A stretch of DNA of 64,000 bases. Origin: an uncultured Acidobacteriota bacterium (lineage in GTDB: Bacteria > Acidobacteriota > Terriglobia > Terriglobales > Acidobacteriaceae). Location of the stretch: assembly GCA_963703465.1 (NCBI GenBank), contig CAVPEQ010000014.1:50839-114838 (forward strand), written 5' to 3'. Position numbers and translations under genes: made by a program. Below the pieces are notes generated by a model. The model was not told the origin of the DNA. It worked only from the letters and a program-made list of their open reading frames with translations, and made no database searches. How positions within the stretch are numbered: the first letter of the stretch is position 1; each line of letters starts with the position of its first letter. Positions 8,354-17,251 of this stretch are shown here, one piece after another.

Positions 8354-9067
8354 ATGCGCAAACTGCTTATTCTTCTGATTGCTTTTTCTTCCCTGCAACT
8401 CGTATCGCAAACTGCCGCACCAGCGGCGAAGAAGCCGGTCGCCAAGAAGCCGTCCGCGGCCACAGCGCTCCCACCCACTGCCATTATCGATACCACCGCT
8501 GGCAAGCTGACCTGTGTGCTTTATCCTGACAAGGCGCCCATCGGGGTCGCCAACTTCATCGGCCTGGCCCGCGGCACCAAAGATTGGACGAATCCCGCCA
8601 CCGGCCGCAAGATGCACGGCGTACCGCTGTACAACGGCACCATCTTTCATCGCGTCATTCCGAACTTCATGATTCAAGGCGGCGATCCCATCGGCACCGG
8701 CGAAGGCGATCCTGGATACAAATTCAAAAACGAAACCTCGCCCGACTTGCAGTTCGATCGCCCGGGCAGATTGGCCTATGCCAACGCCGGACCGGACACC
8801 AATGGCTCGCAGTTTTTCGTAACTGAAGTTGCCTATCCGAGTTTGAACGGCGGCTATACCATCTATGGACAGTGCGACGATGCCAGCGTTGAGCTGGTCA
8901 AAAAAATCGCACGCATGCCACGCAATGGAAACGATCGGCCGAACGATCCGCCGAAGATCACTAAAATTACAATCCTCCATGCTGGCGGAACGCATGCACC
9001 CGTACACAAGACTGTGCACAAAGCCGCGCCGAAACCGGCAGCGCCGAAGACCAGCACTCCGCAGTGA
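8354..9067 (+). CDS. ppiA: peptidyl-prolyl cis-trans isomerase, cyclophilin type, exported
   Basis: Signal peptide [38 protein letters not shown] and GPDTNGSQFFVT cyclophilin signatures. Start at ATG 8354. Confidence 0.9.
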   Translation: MRKLLILLIAFSSLQLVSQTAAPAAKKPVAKKPSAATALPPTAIIDTTAGKLTCVLYPDKAPIGVANFIGLARGTKDWTNPATGRKMHGVPLYNGTIFHRVIPNFMIQGGDPIGTGEGDPGYKFKNETSPDLQFDRPGRLAYANAGPDTNGSQFFVTEVAYPSLNGGYTIYGQCDDASVELVKKIARMPRNGNDRPNDPPKITKITILHAGGTHAPVHKTVHKAAPKPAAPKTSTPQ

Positions 9068-9074
9068 AGAAGAA

Positions 9075-9177
9075 TTGAGTCATTGAATCATTGCGCGATT
9101 GAATCATTGAAATCGCAAGTGAAGTTTCGGTCGTTCGATGACCCAATGCTCCGATCAATTCATGATTGAATATCATT
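9075..9177. repeat. word-repeat element, family E (CATTGAAT words)
   Basis: cattgaatcattg (9081-9093), gattgaatcattgaaatc (9098-9115) and the inverted gatcaattcatgattgaatatcatt (9153-9177). Confidence 0.55.
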
Positions 9178-9195
9178 TTCTGAAAGGATTAATAC

Positions 9196-9723
9196 ATGGC
9201 ACGCCAGCCCGGCACTTATGCAACTCTCGATACCTCTGAAGGCACGATCGTTTGTCGCCTTTTCGAAAAAGAAGCCCCCAAGACAGTGCAGAATTTCATC
9301 GACCTCGCCGAGGGCAAGCGCGAATGGAAGCATCCGAGCACAGGCAAGAAGAGCTCGGACCGTTTATATGACGGCACGATTTTCCACCGCGTGATTCCCA
9401 ATTTCATGGTGCAGGGCGGCGACCCGGCCGGCACCGGTTTCGGCGGCCCCGGATATCAGTTCGAAGATGAGACCAAGGGTTCTCCCCACAAGTTCGACAT
9501 GCCCGGCAAGCTGGCCATGGCCAACGCTGGTCCGAACACTAACGGCTCGCAGTTTTTTATCACTGTCGCGCCAACTCAGTGGCTCACCGGTAAGCACACA
9601 ATTTTCGGCGAGGTCGTCGAAGGCCAGGATGTTGTCGATAAGATCGTTGACGTTCCACGCGGCCGCAACGACCGTCCAAATAAAGACGTGGTGGTGAAGT
9701 CGGTCACCATCGAACGGACCTGA
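9196..9723 (+). CDS. ppiB: peptidyl-prolyl cis-trans isomerase, cyclophilin type, cytoplasmic
   Basis: [15 protein letters not shown] and [12 protein letters not shown] signatures; no signal peptide. Confidence 0.9.
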   Translation: MARQPGTYATLDTSEGTIVCRLFEKEAPKTVQNFIDLAEGKREWKHPSTGKKSSDRLYDGTIFHRVIPNFMVQGGDPAGTGFGGPGYQFEDETKGSPHKFDMPGKLAMANAGPNTNGSQFFITVAPTQWLTGKHTIFGEVVEGQDVVDKIVDVPRGRNDRPNKDVVVKSVTIERT

Positions 9724-9776
9724 AATAGGCGAACATGGCAAGGCAGGGGCGATTTGTTTGGCGTCAAAACAAAGAA

Positions 9777-10001
9777 TTTAATCGCAAAGGTCGCTAAGAA
9801 ATCCCGCAAAGATCGCAAAGACAAGCGTTATAAGTAGGCGCTGAGAAGCAGGCTCAAAAAAAAGAAGCGGGATCTGCGTTAGAGCCCGACAGCGAATGAA
9901 TCTCGCATCGACAGGAAATCTTCCCTCAAGGAATGTCTCCGCGATCTTTGCGGGATTTCTCGGGATCTTTGCGGCATTTCTTAGCGATCTTTGCGATTAA
10001 A
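9777..10001. repeat. intergenic palindromic word-repeat element, family B
   Basis: Left arm 9777-9822 is tttaatcgcaaaggtcgctaagaaatcccgcaaagatcgcaaagac. Right arm 9935-10001 carries three inverted gatctttgcg words and ends in gcgattaaa. The spacer is about 110 nt. Confidence 0.8.
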
Positions 10002-10067
10002 TGCTTTTTGCCTTTTTTTACTGAAAGCCTGTCCCGCGATTGTGCAATCAGCGTAGCGGTTCAGCCG

Positions 10068-10568
10068 TCAAGCGCGGGCGCCTTGGCGGCTCAGCGTAGC
10101 CTGGGTGTGCAGATCGCAAATCGCAATGGCGAGTGCATCGGCGGCGTCGGCGGGTTCTGGAATTTCTTGCAGACACAGTAAACGCGCGACCATCATCTGC
10201 ACTTGTTCTTTTTGGGCGCGACCGTAGCCCACAACCGATGCCTTAATGGTCAAAGGCGCGTATTCGCCGATTTGAATTTTCTGCGAAGAGGCCGCAAGCA
10301 TGGCCACGCCTCGAACCTGCCCCAGCTTGAGCGCGGACTTTGCATTCACGGAATAAAAGACTTCTTCGATCGCCACCCGATCGGGTCGAAATTCCTGGAT
10401 CAGCGAACTAAGCCGTTCGAAAACCGTAGAAAGCCGGATGGGCAACGGCTCACGCGGCGAAAGCCTGATTCCGCCGAAGGCGACGCAGCCTAACTTGTCC
10501 ACCCTGTCGAGATCAACAACTCCGTAGCCGGTGCACTCGGTGCCGCAATCGATTCCCAGAACGCGCAT
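10068..10568 (-). CDS. ruvC: crossover junction endodeoxyribonuclease RuvC
   Basis: MRVLGIDCGTECTGYGVV...AIEEVFYSVNAKSALKLGQVRG...YGRAQKEQVQMMV...ADAADALAIAICD, full-length RuvC pattern. Confidence 0.95.
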   Translation of the reverse strand: MRVLGIDCGTECTGYGVVDLDRVDKLGCVAFGGIRLSPREPLPIRLSTVFERLSSLIQEFRPDRVAIEEVFYSVNAKSALKLGQVRGVAMLAASSQKIQIGEYAPLTIKASVVGYGRAQKEQVQMMVARLLCLQEIPEPADAADALAIAICDLHTQATLSRQGARA

Positions 10569-10793
10569 GTTGCGACGAGTGTACTAGAAATTTCTCTCCA
10601 TGAAGCGGATTCAGGTTTACTCTCTCAACCCGCGTGATCGATTATCCAGATTAGAAATTCCGATACCTCCACGCCTTTCACCTATGTCCTGCGAATGATA
10701 ATCTAATATTTCCGGGAAATAGCGAACCCGCCGGAAGTGTATCCGCGCGCGAGGTTGCGGAAAATCCATTTTGCAGCGACGGAGGAACAGGCG

Positions 10794-11855
10794 ATGAAGA
10801 TTGGCATACTGACGGGTGGAGGCGATTGCCCCGGACTGAATGCAGTTATTCGTGCCGCCGTTCGCAAAGGCAGCTTTCATTACGACGACCAGTTCGTGGG
10901 CTTTCTCGAAGGCTGGCGCGGACTCATGGAAAACAAAACCATGCCGCTCGACCTGCAGAGCGTAGCCGGCATTCTACCGCGTGGTGGAACCATTCTGCGT
11001 ACCTCGCGCACTAATCCCGCAAAGAAACCCGACGGCCTCGACACCTGCATCGCCACCTTAAAAAAGAACAGCGTGGATGCGCTGATCGCAATCGGAGGCG
11101 ATGACACCTTGTCAGTCGCAACCAAGCTTTTCGATAAAGGCGTGAAAGTTGTCGGCGTTCCTAAGACGATTGACAACGATCTGGCGGGAACCGATTTCAC
11201 GTTCGGATTCGACACCGCGGTCAACGTGGTCACCGAAGCTATTGATCGCGTTCACACCACTGCCGAGGCCCACAACCGCGTAATGGTAGTCGAGGTCATG
11301 GGGCGGGACGCAGGCTGGATCGCAATTTACAGCGGTATCGCCGGCGGGGCGGATGTCATTCTGATTCCGGAGCAGCCCTTCGATGTAGAGATGGTCGCTG
11401 CCAAGATTCGACGCCGCCACGAGCGCGGACGATACTTCAGCATCGTCGTGGTCGCGGAAGGCGCCAAATTTGCCGAAGGCAAGAATGGGCCGAGTCTACA
11501 AGGCGGAGAGAAAGATGAGTTCGGGCATGCACGACTTGGTGGAATTGCCAATACGCTCGCTCAGGAACTTGAACGGCACACCGGCTATGAAACACGTACG
11601 GTTGTGCTTGGCCACATTCAGCGCGGCGGCACGCCTACAGCGTTTGATCGCGTCCTGGCCACCCGTTATGGGTTAGGCGCGATCGACATGGTGCACCGCG
11701 GGGAGTTCGGCCGAATGGCCGCACTTCGCGCCAACAAGATTATTTCTATTCCCTTGGCCGAAGCGACTGCAAAAAACCGCACCGTCGATCAGGAAATGAT
11801 GAACGCGGCCTTCGGCATCCTCGAAGACGAAGAGAAGGAAGCCGTTGCGGGATAG
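10794..11855 (+). CDS. pfk: 6-phosphofructokinase (GGDD / PKTIDND signature)
   Basis: MKIGILTGGGDCPGLNAVIRA, IGGDDTLS, GVPKTIDNDL, MGRDAGWIA. GGAGGA RBS at 10781-10786 ahead of ATG 10794. Confidence 0.9.
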   Translation: MKIGILTGGGDCPGLNAVIRAAVRKGSFHYDDQFVGFLEGWRGLMENKTMPLDLQSVAGILPRGGTILRTSRTNPAKKPDGLDTCIATLKKNSVDALIAIGGDDTLSVATKLFDKGVKVVGVPKTIDNDLAGTDFTFGFDTAVNVVTEAIDRVHTTAEAHNRVMVVEVMGRDAGWIAIYSGIAGGADVILIPEQPFDVEMVAAKIRRRHERGRYFSIVVVAEGAKFAEGKNGPSLQGGEKDEFGHARLGGIANTLAQELERHTGYETRTVVLGHIQRGGTPTAFDRVLATRYGLGAIDMVHRGEFGRMAALRANKIISIPLAEATAKNRTVDQEMMNAAFGILEDEEKEAVAG

Positions 11856-11948
11856 CTAAGGCCGATTACCGATGTAATAGCAGGGGCTCAGCAACTCCTC
11901 GTGATCTGGAATCTGGCGACGTATACTCTGCCTGATTTGAGGTCTTGA

Positions 11949-12557
11949 GTGCCGCAACTCTTCTTTCAACACGATTGGATTGGGATTCCGCTCTGGGCAC
12001 TGCTTTACATTTCTGATTACGCGCTTACCCTCATTTGCGCCCGCATGTATTTGAATGGGGTGCGGGACAAGATCGCATTTGAGGGGAGCTACGAGCTGAC
12101 CCCGTATTTTCAGCGGGACATCGATTCACTCCGGGTCGTAAGCCCAAAGTTCATAGCGGCGTTAGCAATACTTTCAATTTTATTGATCACTGTGTGGTGG
12201 CTGGCGCAACTGTTGACACCCGCACTTTTTCTCTTCGCCGTGGGAGCTTGCATCTGCAGCCAGCTGTGCATCCACATTCGTCACGTCCGAAATTTCTTTA
12301 TGTTCAAGGCAGCATCCACGGACGCCGTCCGTGGCCGAATTGAGTACTCTCGCCCACTATCGCTTCGTGTGTCCTCAATCGAGATGCTCTCGTTCTCAGT
12401 TCTATTCCTCATTCTGTACTTTTGCACCGGCAGCTGGTTCATCCTCGGGGGAGTGATGTCGCTGCTTGCTATTGCAGCAAAGCATTCGAAATTGGCCCGC
12501 GAGTATGTTTCACCCGCAGCGCAACGAAAACAAATCGCGGCAGCCGAGGCTCGATAA
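11949..12557 (+). CDS. hypothetical integral membrane protein
   Basis: GTG start; about 5 hydrophobic segments; no recognised domain. Confidence 0.5.
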   Translation: MPQLFFQHDWIGIPLWALLYISDYALTLICARMYLNGVRDKIAFEGSYELTPYFQRDIDSLRVVSPKFIAALAILSILLITVWWLAQLLTPALFLFAVGACICSQLCIHIRHVRNFFMFKAASTDAVRGRIEYSRPLSLRVSSIEMLSFSVLFLILYFCTGSWFILGGVMSLLAIAAKHSKLAREYVSPAAQRKQIAAAEAR

Positions 12558-12577
12558 ACAACCGTCCGCTCATTCCT

Positions 12578-13420
12578 CTACTGACCCAGAATCAGCGGCA
12601 ATCCATTCTTACTGTTCCCGATGACTACCACTTTGGTATTGGAACTTTTTGCCAATATCTCTGTAGCTTCAATTCCCTTCCACTGCAGCAGTTGCGGACT
12701 GATGCCTTGAGCCACAATCTGCTGAAAATCGCGAACTCCCTGGGCTTCAATTCGCTTGCGCTGCGCTTCCTGCGTCTCTTTCTGCAAGCGGAAGTTCATA
12801 GCTAGCGCCTCCTGCTCGGCTTGCTGCTTGGCCTCGATTGATGCCTTCAGCGTGGCCGGCAACTGAATATCGCGCAGAAGAACGTTCTCGACCGTAACAC
12901 CGCGCTGGTTGAGTTCGACGCTGAGTTGATCGAAAATCTGCTTTGCTACCATCTCGCGCTCGCCGGTGTATAAAGCATTGGCAGTGTGGGAAGCGGTCGC
13001 CTCGCGAATTGCGGCGCGCAGCATGGGCTCGACAAGTTTGTCTTCGTAATCGGCCCCGGTCTTTTGAAACACGTCCGCGGCACGTTCGGGATTAAGGTGA
13101 TAGATGAGCGAAGTATCAAGGCTCATCATCAGGCCTTCGCTCGAAGGCACGCTGGCCGATTCCTTCACGCTCTGCGTCTGTACCGACAGTTCATTGTTGG
13201 TTTTCAACGGATTGATAACGTGCATACCCTCAGAAAGTGACTCGCCAGTGACTCTCCCGAAGAGAGTGAGCACTCCCACATGGCCGGTGCCGACCCGTGT
13301 AATGGAATTAAAGAGCAGGATTACGAGCACCAGAACAAGAATGCCTAGCGCGATCAGGCGGAGCATTCCGCCGCCATTCATATCGACCACGCGCCCTCGC
13401 TGACTATCTAAAATCGTCAT
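12578..13420 (-). CDS. SPFH/Band 7 (prohibitin/HflC-like) protein
   Basis: N-terminal TM segment followed by GHVGVLTLFGRV...VINPLK...ADYEDKLVEPMLRAAIRE...LLRDIQLP...EAKQQAEQEA, the SPFH pattern. Confidence 0.85.
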   Translation of the reverse strand: MTILDSQRGRVVDMNGGGMLRLIALGILVLVLVILLFNSITRVGTGHVGVLTLFGRVTGESLSEGMHVINPLKTNNELSVQTQSVKESASVPSSEGLMMSLDTSLIYHLNPERAADVFQKTGADYEDKLVEPMLRAAIREATASHTANALYTGEREMVAKQIFDQLSVELNQRGVTVENVLLRDIQLPATLKASIEAKQQAEQEALAMNFRLQKETQEAQRKRIEAQGVRDFQQIVAQGISPQLLQWKGIEATEILAKSSNTKVVVIGNSKNGLPLILGQ

Positions 13421-13610
13421 GTATGTTCCTCTCCCAAGATCATCTTAGGATCTGCGTATCGAACAGGTAAGTAGCTTCTGTGAGCCAGAGGCCGCATTTT
13501 GCACAGGGGTGACATACCTACCAGCGCTGACAACTGACTGATCACTCTCTTGATACCCCGCTCGTCAAATCGAGAATCGCAGGCAGATTCACGCTACGCT
13601 AAATCGAGAC

Positions 13611-15042
13611 ATGGGCCTGAACTACATCGATTTCGCGATCATCGCGGTTTACCTGCTCGGTATCACGCTGTTCGGCATGCGCTTCCGCAAACGGCAGCGC
13701 ACCCTCCGCGACTACTTCCTTGCCGGACGAGACATCCCATGGTGGGCGATTGCTCTTTCGATCGTTGCCGCGGAGACCAGCACGCTTACCATCATCAGTA
13801 TCCCGGGCCTGGCCTACGACACCAACTTGACTTTTCTGCAAGTCGTCATGGGATACGTGGTCGGACGATTCATCATCAGTTTTGTACTGCTGCCGCATTA
13901 TTTTCGCGGGGAGTTGTTTACTGCGTATGAGCTCATCGAGAGGCGATTTGGTCCCCACCTGCGAACTCTGACGTCAGGATTATTTTTGCTCACTCGCGCC
14001 GCGGCCGAGGGTGTGCGCGTTTATGCCGTGTCCATTGTGGTGTCGATTGCTCTGGGTACGGGAGAGATAGCTTCAATTGCCATCATCACGGTCTTGACCC
14101 TGATCTATACGTTTGAAGGCGGCTTGGCGGCGGTGATCTGGACTGACGTCGTCCAAACTGCAATCTACGTCGGCGGAACGCTGGTCGGAGTTGCAACGAT
14201 TATTCACTACGTCCCTGGCGGCTGGGCGCACATTCATCAGATCGCTGAAGCGAGCGGTAAGTTGCGGGTGTTCGATTTCACTCCCACTTTCTGGAAGCCC
14301 TACACGTTCTGGGCGGGAGTAATCGGCGGCGCATTTCTAACGACCGCCAGCCACGGCACTGACCAACTGATCGTGCAGCGGCTGTTGGCGGCGCGCAGCC
14401 AGCGGCAATCGGTTGCCGCGTTGCTTTCCAGTGGGGCCGCGATCTTGTTTCAGTTCGGCTTGTTCCTGGTACTCGGCGTAATGCTGTTCGCGTATTACAT
14501 GCTGCCTTCCGCGCACTTCGGCAAGGCGGACTGGATTTATCCGACTTTCATCGTCACCCGCATGCCCCACGGAATTTCTGGTCTGCTGATTGCGGCAATT
14601 CTGGCGGCGGCCATGTCGAATTTGAGCGCGGCGTTGAATGCCCTTTCGTCCAGCACCATCATGGATTTCTATGTGCGCCTGCGACCGCAAACTTCCGAAG
14701 AGAAAAAAATGCGCCTCTCCCGGTTCTCTACCGTCATGTGGGCGACAGTGCTTGTTCATACTTGCGGTGCTTTCGCTCCACCATGTCAGCCGCGTGGTCG
14801 AGGTGGGGCTGCAAATCGCGTCTATCGCCTATGGTGCGATGCTAGGAGTTTTCCTGCTGGGCGTGCTCACCCGCCGCGCAACTCAATACGGCGCCATGGC
14901 CGGCATGCTCTGCGGGTTCGCGAGCGAAATCTATTTGTGGCAATTCTCTAGAGTGCCATGGACGTGGTGGGTGGCGATCGGAACCGTAATTACATTTGTG
15001 GTGGGCTATGCCGCGAGCAGTTTTTCGAAAGCGCGGAATTAA
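13611..15042 (+). pseudogene. sodium:solute symporter (SSF) family transporter, broken by one apparent 1-nt insertion
   Basis: ORF 13611-14951 is SSF-like up to ...RFSTVMWATVL, then turns into Arg/Pro-rich nonsense. The next frame (ORF 14638-15042) continues FILAVLSLHHVSRVVEVGLQIASIAYGAMLGVFLLGVLTRRAT..., a typical SSF C-terminus. Junction at about 14748-14760. Confidence 0.8.
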
Positions 15043-16202
15043 TTGCCGACTTGCTCGGTCACGCTTCGTTGTTTGCGCAGTTCGGCGTGGAACTCATTCG
15101 GCGGCAGGTCGCTGCCTACGTGGAACAGCGAGAGCAGCGGATCGTGCTCCCCGTCGATATGCGCCGCAGAAAACGCGCTGGGGCTATTATCAATCGCATC
15201 CGGACGAACCTCGATCTCCGGCACGGCGCCTTCGCTGTTCACCAGCGTGTGGATAAAATCTTCTACCCTCTTTTTTTCTTCTGTATTCTGACGGGTAAAC
15301 TGCACTCCAATTCCCGCCCCGGGATGCATAACCCGAACCATGCCCTCGACCGGCACTTCCTTCTCGTGCACTTTCATCACGATCTGCAGCCGGGTACGGA
15401 CCGGAAATGGCGATTCGGTCTCCAGGTAACAGGCGTTCAAACTAAGGTCGGTTAGCCGGCAACTTACCGGCGGATCATCGGCGTCGCCGCCCTGCAACTG
15501 GCGGAATATCCAGGATTTGATTCGCGAGCTTTGGTCCTCGGGAAGATCGCAGAAGCGAACTCCCTGAAGATCGTTGCTATGCCATGCTATTTCGCCACGG
15601 CAATCAATCTCGTTCGCCGCTCCAGGCAATGTAAAGCGCACCCGGAAAGCCGGAGGCAACTTGGATTTGGACTTTATCGCGATACCGTTTTCGCTCAAAT
15701 CGGCGGTTACGACTTCGATTGTTCGGGAAGGATTCTCGCTATGCAACTTGACCGAGAGTTCCACCGGTATACGCGAGTGGCGCCTGCGTTCCCGTTTCAT
15801 CAACGCCCGCACGGAACGGAAGCTCGCCTTGGTGCGCTCTAGCGAGATCGGCTTAAAGAGAACAAAATGAGCGCCCAGTTGGAAGGCGCTTTTCAGCGCA
15901 GATTGGCCGTCAATAATAGCGACAGCGATGGCCCGTTTATTGGCTGGAGCGGAGTGGGTACCCTTTAATATCTTGGAGGCTATTTCCTGGGTTGTGCAGT
16001 CGACTATAACCGCTTCAAACCGCTGACGGGTAAGCTTTTGGATCGCGCTGTCGACGTCAGTGCAGTGTTCTACCCCGATCTCCAAGTCAGTCAGCACGCG
16101 GCGAAGTACGCGGACAACCGAGTCATCCGAGCACAGCAGCAGCGACTGTAAACCGGGTTGCGCGAAAGAAGACACAAAAGCCTCAAATGAATGTATCAGC
16201 AA
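15039..16202 (-). CDS. response-regulator receiver domain protein with two PilZ-like domains
   Basis: REC: LLCSDDSVV, AVIVDC, FVLFKP. PilZ-1: RRRHSRIPV...DLSENGIAI (canonical RxxxR and DxSxxG). PilZ-2: DLSLNACYL without RxxxR. Confidence 0.75.
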   Translation of the reverse strand: MLIHSFEAFVSSFAQPGLQSLLLCSDDSVVRVLRRVLTDLEIGVEHCTDVDSAIQKLTRQRFEAVIVDCTTQEIASKILKGTHSAPANKRAIAVAIIDGQSALKSAFQLGAHFVLFKPISLERTKASFRSVRALMKRERRRHSRIPVELSVKLHSENPSRTIEVVTADLSENGIAIKSKSKLPPAFRVRFTLPGAANEIDCRGEIAWHSNDLQGVRFCDLPEDQSSRIKSWIFRQLQGGDADDPPVSCRLTDLSLNACYLETESPFPVRTRLQIVMKVHEKEVPVEGMVRVMHPGAGIGVQFTRQNTEEKKRVEDFIHTLVNSEGAVPEIEVRPDAIDNSPSAFSAAHIDGEHDPLLSLFHVGSDLPPNEFHAELRKQRSVTEQVGN

Positions 16203-16342
16203 GAGGATTGTTGCTGAAATACATACCCTTAGAAACCAGGTTACGGCGGTAATTTAGAAGGTTACATTTTCCCGAAAAGGCAGCCTGGGAGGCGGTAAGT
16301 TCCATTTTTTCATAGGCTTATTGGGCAGATGCGACTTGTTCA

Positions 16343-16370
16343 TTGACTTTGTATCGGGTTGACGTAAAAT
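16343..16370 (+). promoter_or_regulatory. sigma-70-like promoter candidate
   Basis: TTGACT (16343-16348), 16-nt spacer, TAAAAT (16365-16370), in an AT-rich 320-nt gap upstream of the 16524 ORF. Confidence 0.3.
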
Positions 16371-16523
16371 CGACCTTCTGGCGGACTTTCATTTTTCTGC
16401 GTGCTGTCCTGCAGTTTTCTTAGATTTTTAAATTTTGTGCAGCGTTGAAGGATTTGGGAATCCTTCTGCAAGTCGTGGGAATCTAAGGTATTTAACAGTA
16501 CAAACCCTAACCAAGGAACATTC

Positions 16524-16751
16524 ATGGCCAAGAGACGCGGAAATCCAAACTGGGGCAAGCCGGAACCGATCGGCCCGATTGTCCCCACTGTCACCGAGTT
16601 TGAGCAGGTGGTGAAAGAGTACAAGCTCACTCCTGACCAGTATTTGCGGTCCACCCGGCTGCGCGAGTGGGCACGCCGCAACAAGAATTCCAAGTACATC
16701 CCTGAGCCTTTGCTTGAGGCCTGGGGTTTCGAGATCGAATCGACTTTGTAA
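16524..16751 (+). CDS. small basic hypothetical protein (75 aa)
   Basis: ATG start, followed by a strong terminator. MAKRRGNPNWGKPEP... No recognised domain. Confidence 0.5.
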   Translation: MAKRRGNPNWGKPEPIGPIVPTVTEFEQVVKEYKLTPDQYLRSTRLREWARRNKNSKYIPEPLLEAWGFEIESTL

Positions 16752-16771
16752 CTGTGTTGGGAAGTTGAGGC

Positions 16772-16802
16772 AAGGCCGCCGCCTGGCGGCCTTTTATTTT
16801 GG
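16772..16802. terminator. Rho-independent (bidirectional) terminator between convergent genes
   Basis: aaggccgcc / gcct / ggcggcctt followed by ttattttgg. Confidence 0.75.
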
Positions 16803-16841
16803 TTTGGAGAGACGGGCGTCTCGCCCGTCCACTGGCAAACA

Positions 16842-17147
16842 TTAATCCAGATCGAAATCTCGGATCGGCCGACCCGTATCCGGCGTTTCCTTGGCTTTCC
16901 TGATCGCTTCCTGGAACTTTTTCTCCAGAATATCCGATGCATTTTTCTGAGCTTCGACCGATTGCCGAAAGATTGAGTCGCGCCGCGTATCCTGCTCTTT
17001 CATCGCTCGCGCCGCCTCGTCGAGGTCGTTGAACATCTTCGGCTTCAGGGGCGCCACATGGGAAATGACGGTTCCGTTTCCAGCGTCCACTTTCAGCGCG
17101 GCTCCGCAACACGGACAAGCAACTTCGATGGTGGAATTCTTGGCCAT
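16842..17147 (-). CDS. small hypothetical protein with N-terminal CPCC motif
   Basis: MAKNSTIEVACPCCGAALKVDAGNG... then a charged helical C-terminus. Confidence 0.5.
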   Translation of the reverse strand: MAKNSTIEVACPCCGAALKVDAGNGTVISHVAPLKPKMFNDLDEAARAMKEQDTRRDSIFRQSVEAQKNASDILEKKFQEAIRKAKETPDTGRPIRDFDLD

Positions 17148-17251
17148 TCCAGGTTGAATGATACCGCAAACTGGTGGTCAGTGATTAGTGGTCTGCGGCC
17201 GGCAAGGACTACTAATCACTCGCCCGCCATCTGCCCTTATACTTTTTATAA

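Noticed and set aside
8315-9019. Long antisense ORFs inside well-supported genes. Examples: 8315-9019 in the PPIase gene, 18113-18757 and 18358-18768 in the DUF4097 gene, 44544-45725 and other ORFs inside smc, 25399-26073 in eda, and 50714-51545 in the Prim-Pol gene.
   Set aside because: They lie opposite genes with clear family signatures. They have Arg/Ala/Ser/Pro-heavy composition typical of antisense frames in GC-rich DNA, and no recognisable motifs.
9777-10001. Possibility that the word-repeat elements are CRISPR arrays.
   Set aside because: The words are 7-10 nt, degenerate and directly abutting or about 10 nt apart. The arms are inverted rather than direct, there are no 25-40 nt unique spacers, and no cas genes are present.
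16340-17169. 200-aa and 180-aa minus-strand ORFs (16340-16942, 16627-17169).
   Set aside because: They run through a strong bidirectional terminator and across two better-supported small genes, and their composition is Arg/Ser-rich.
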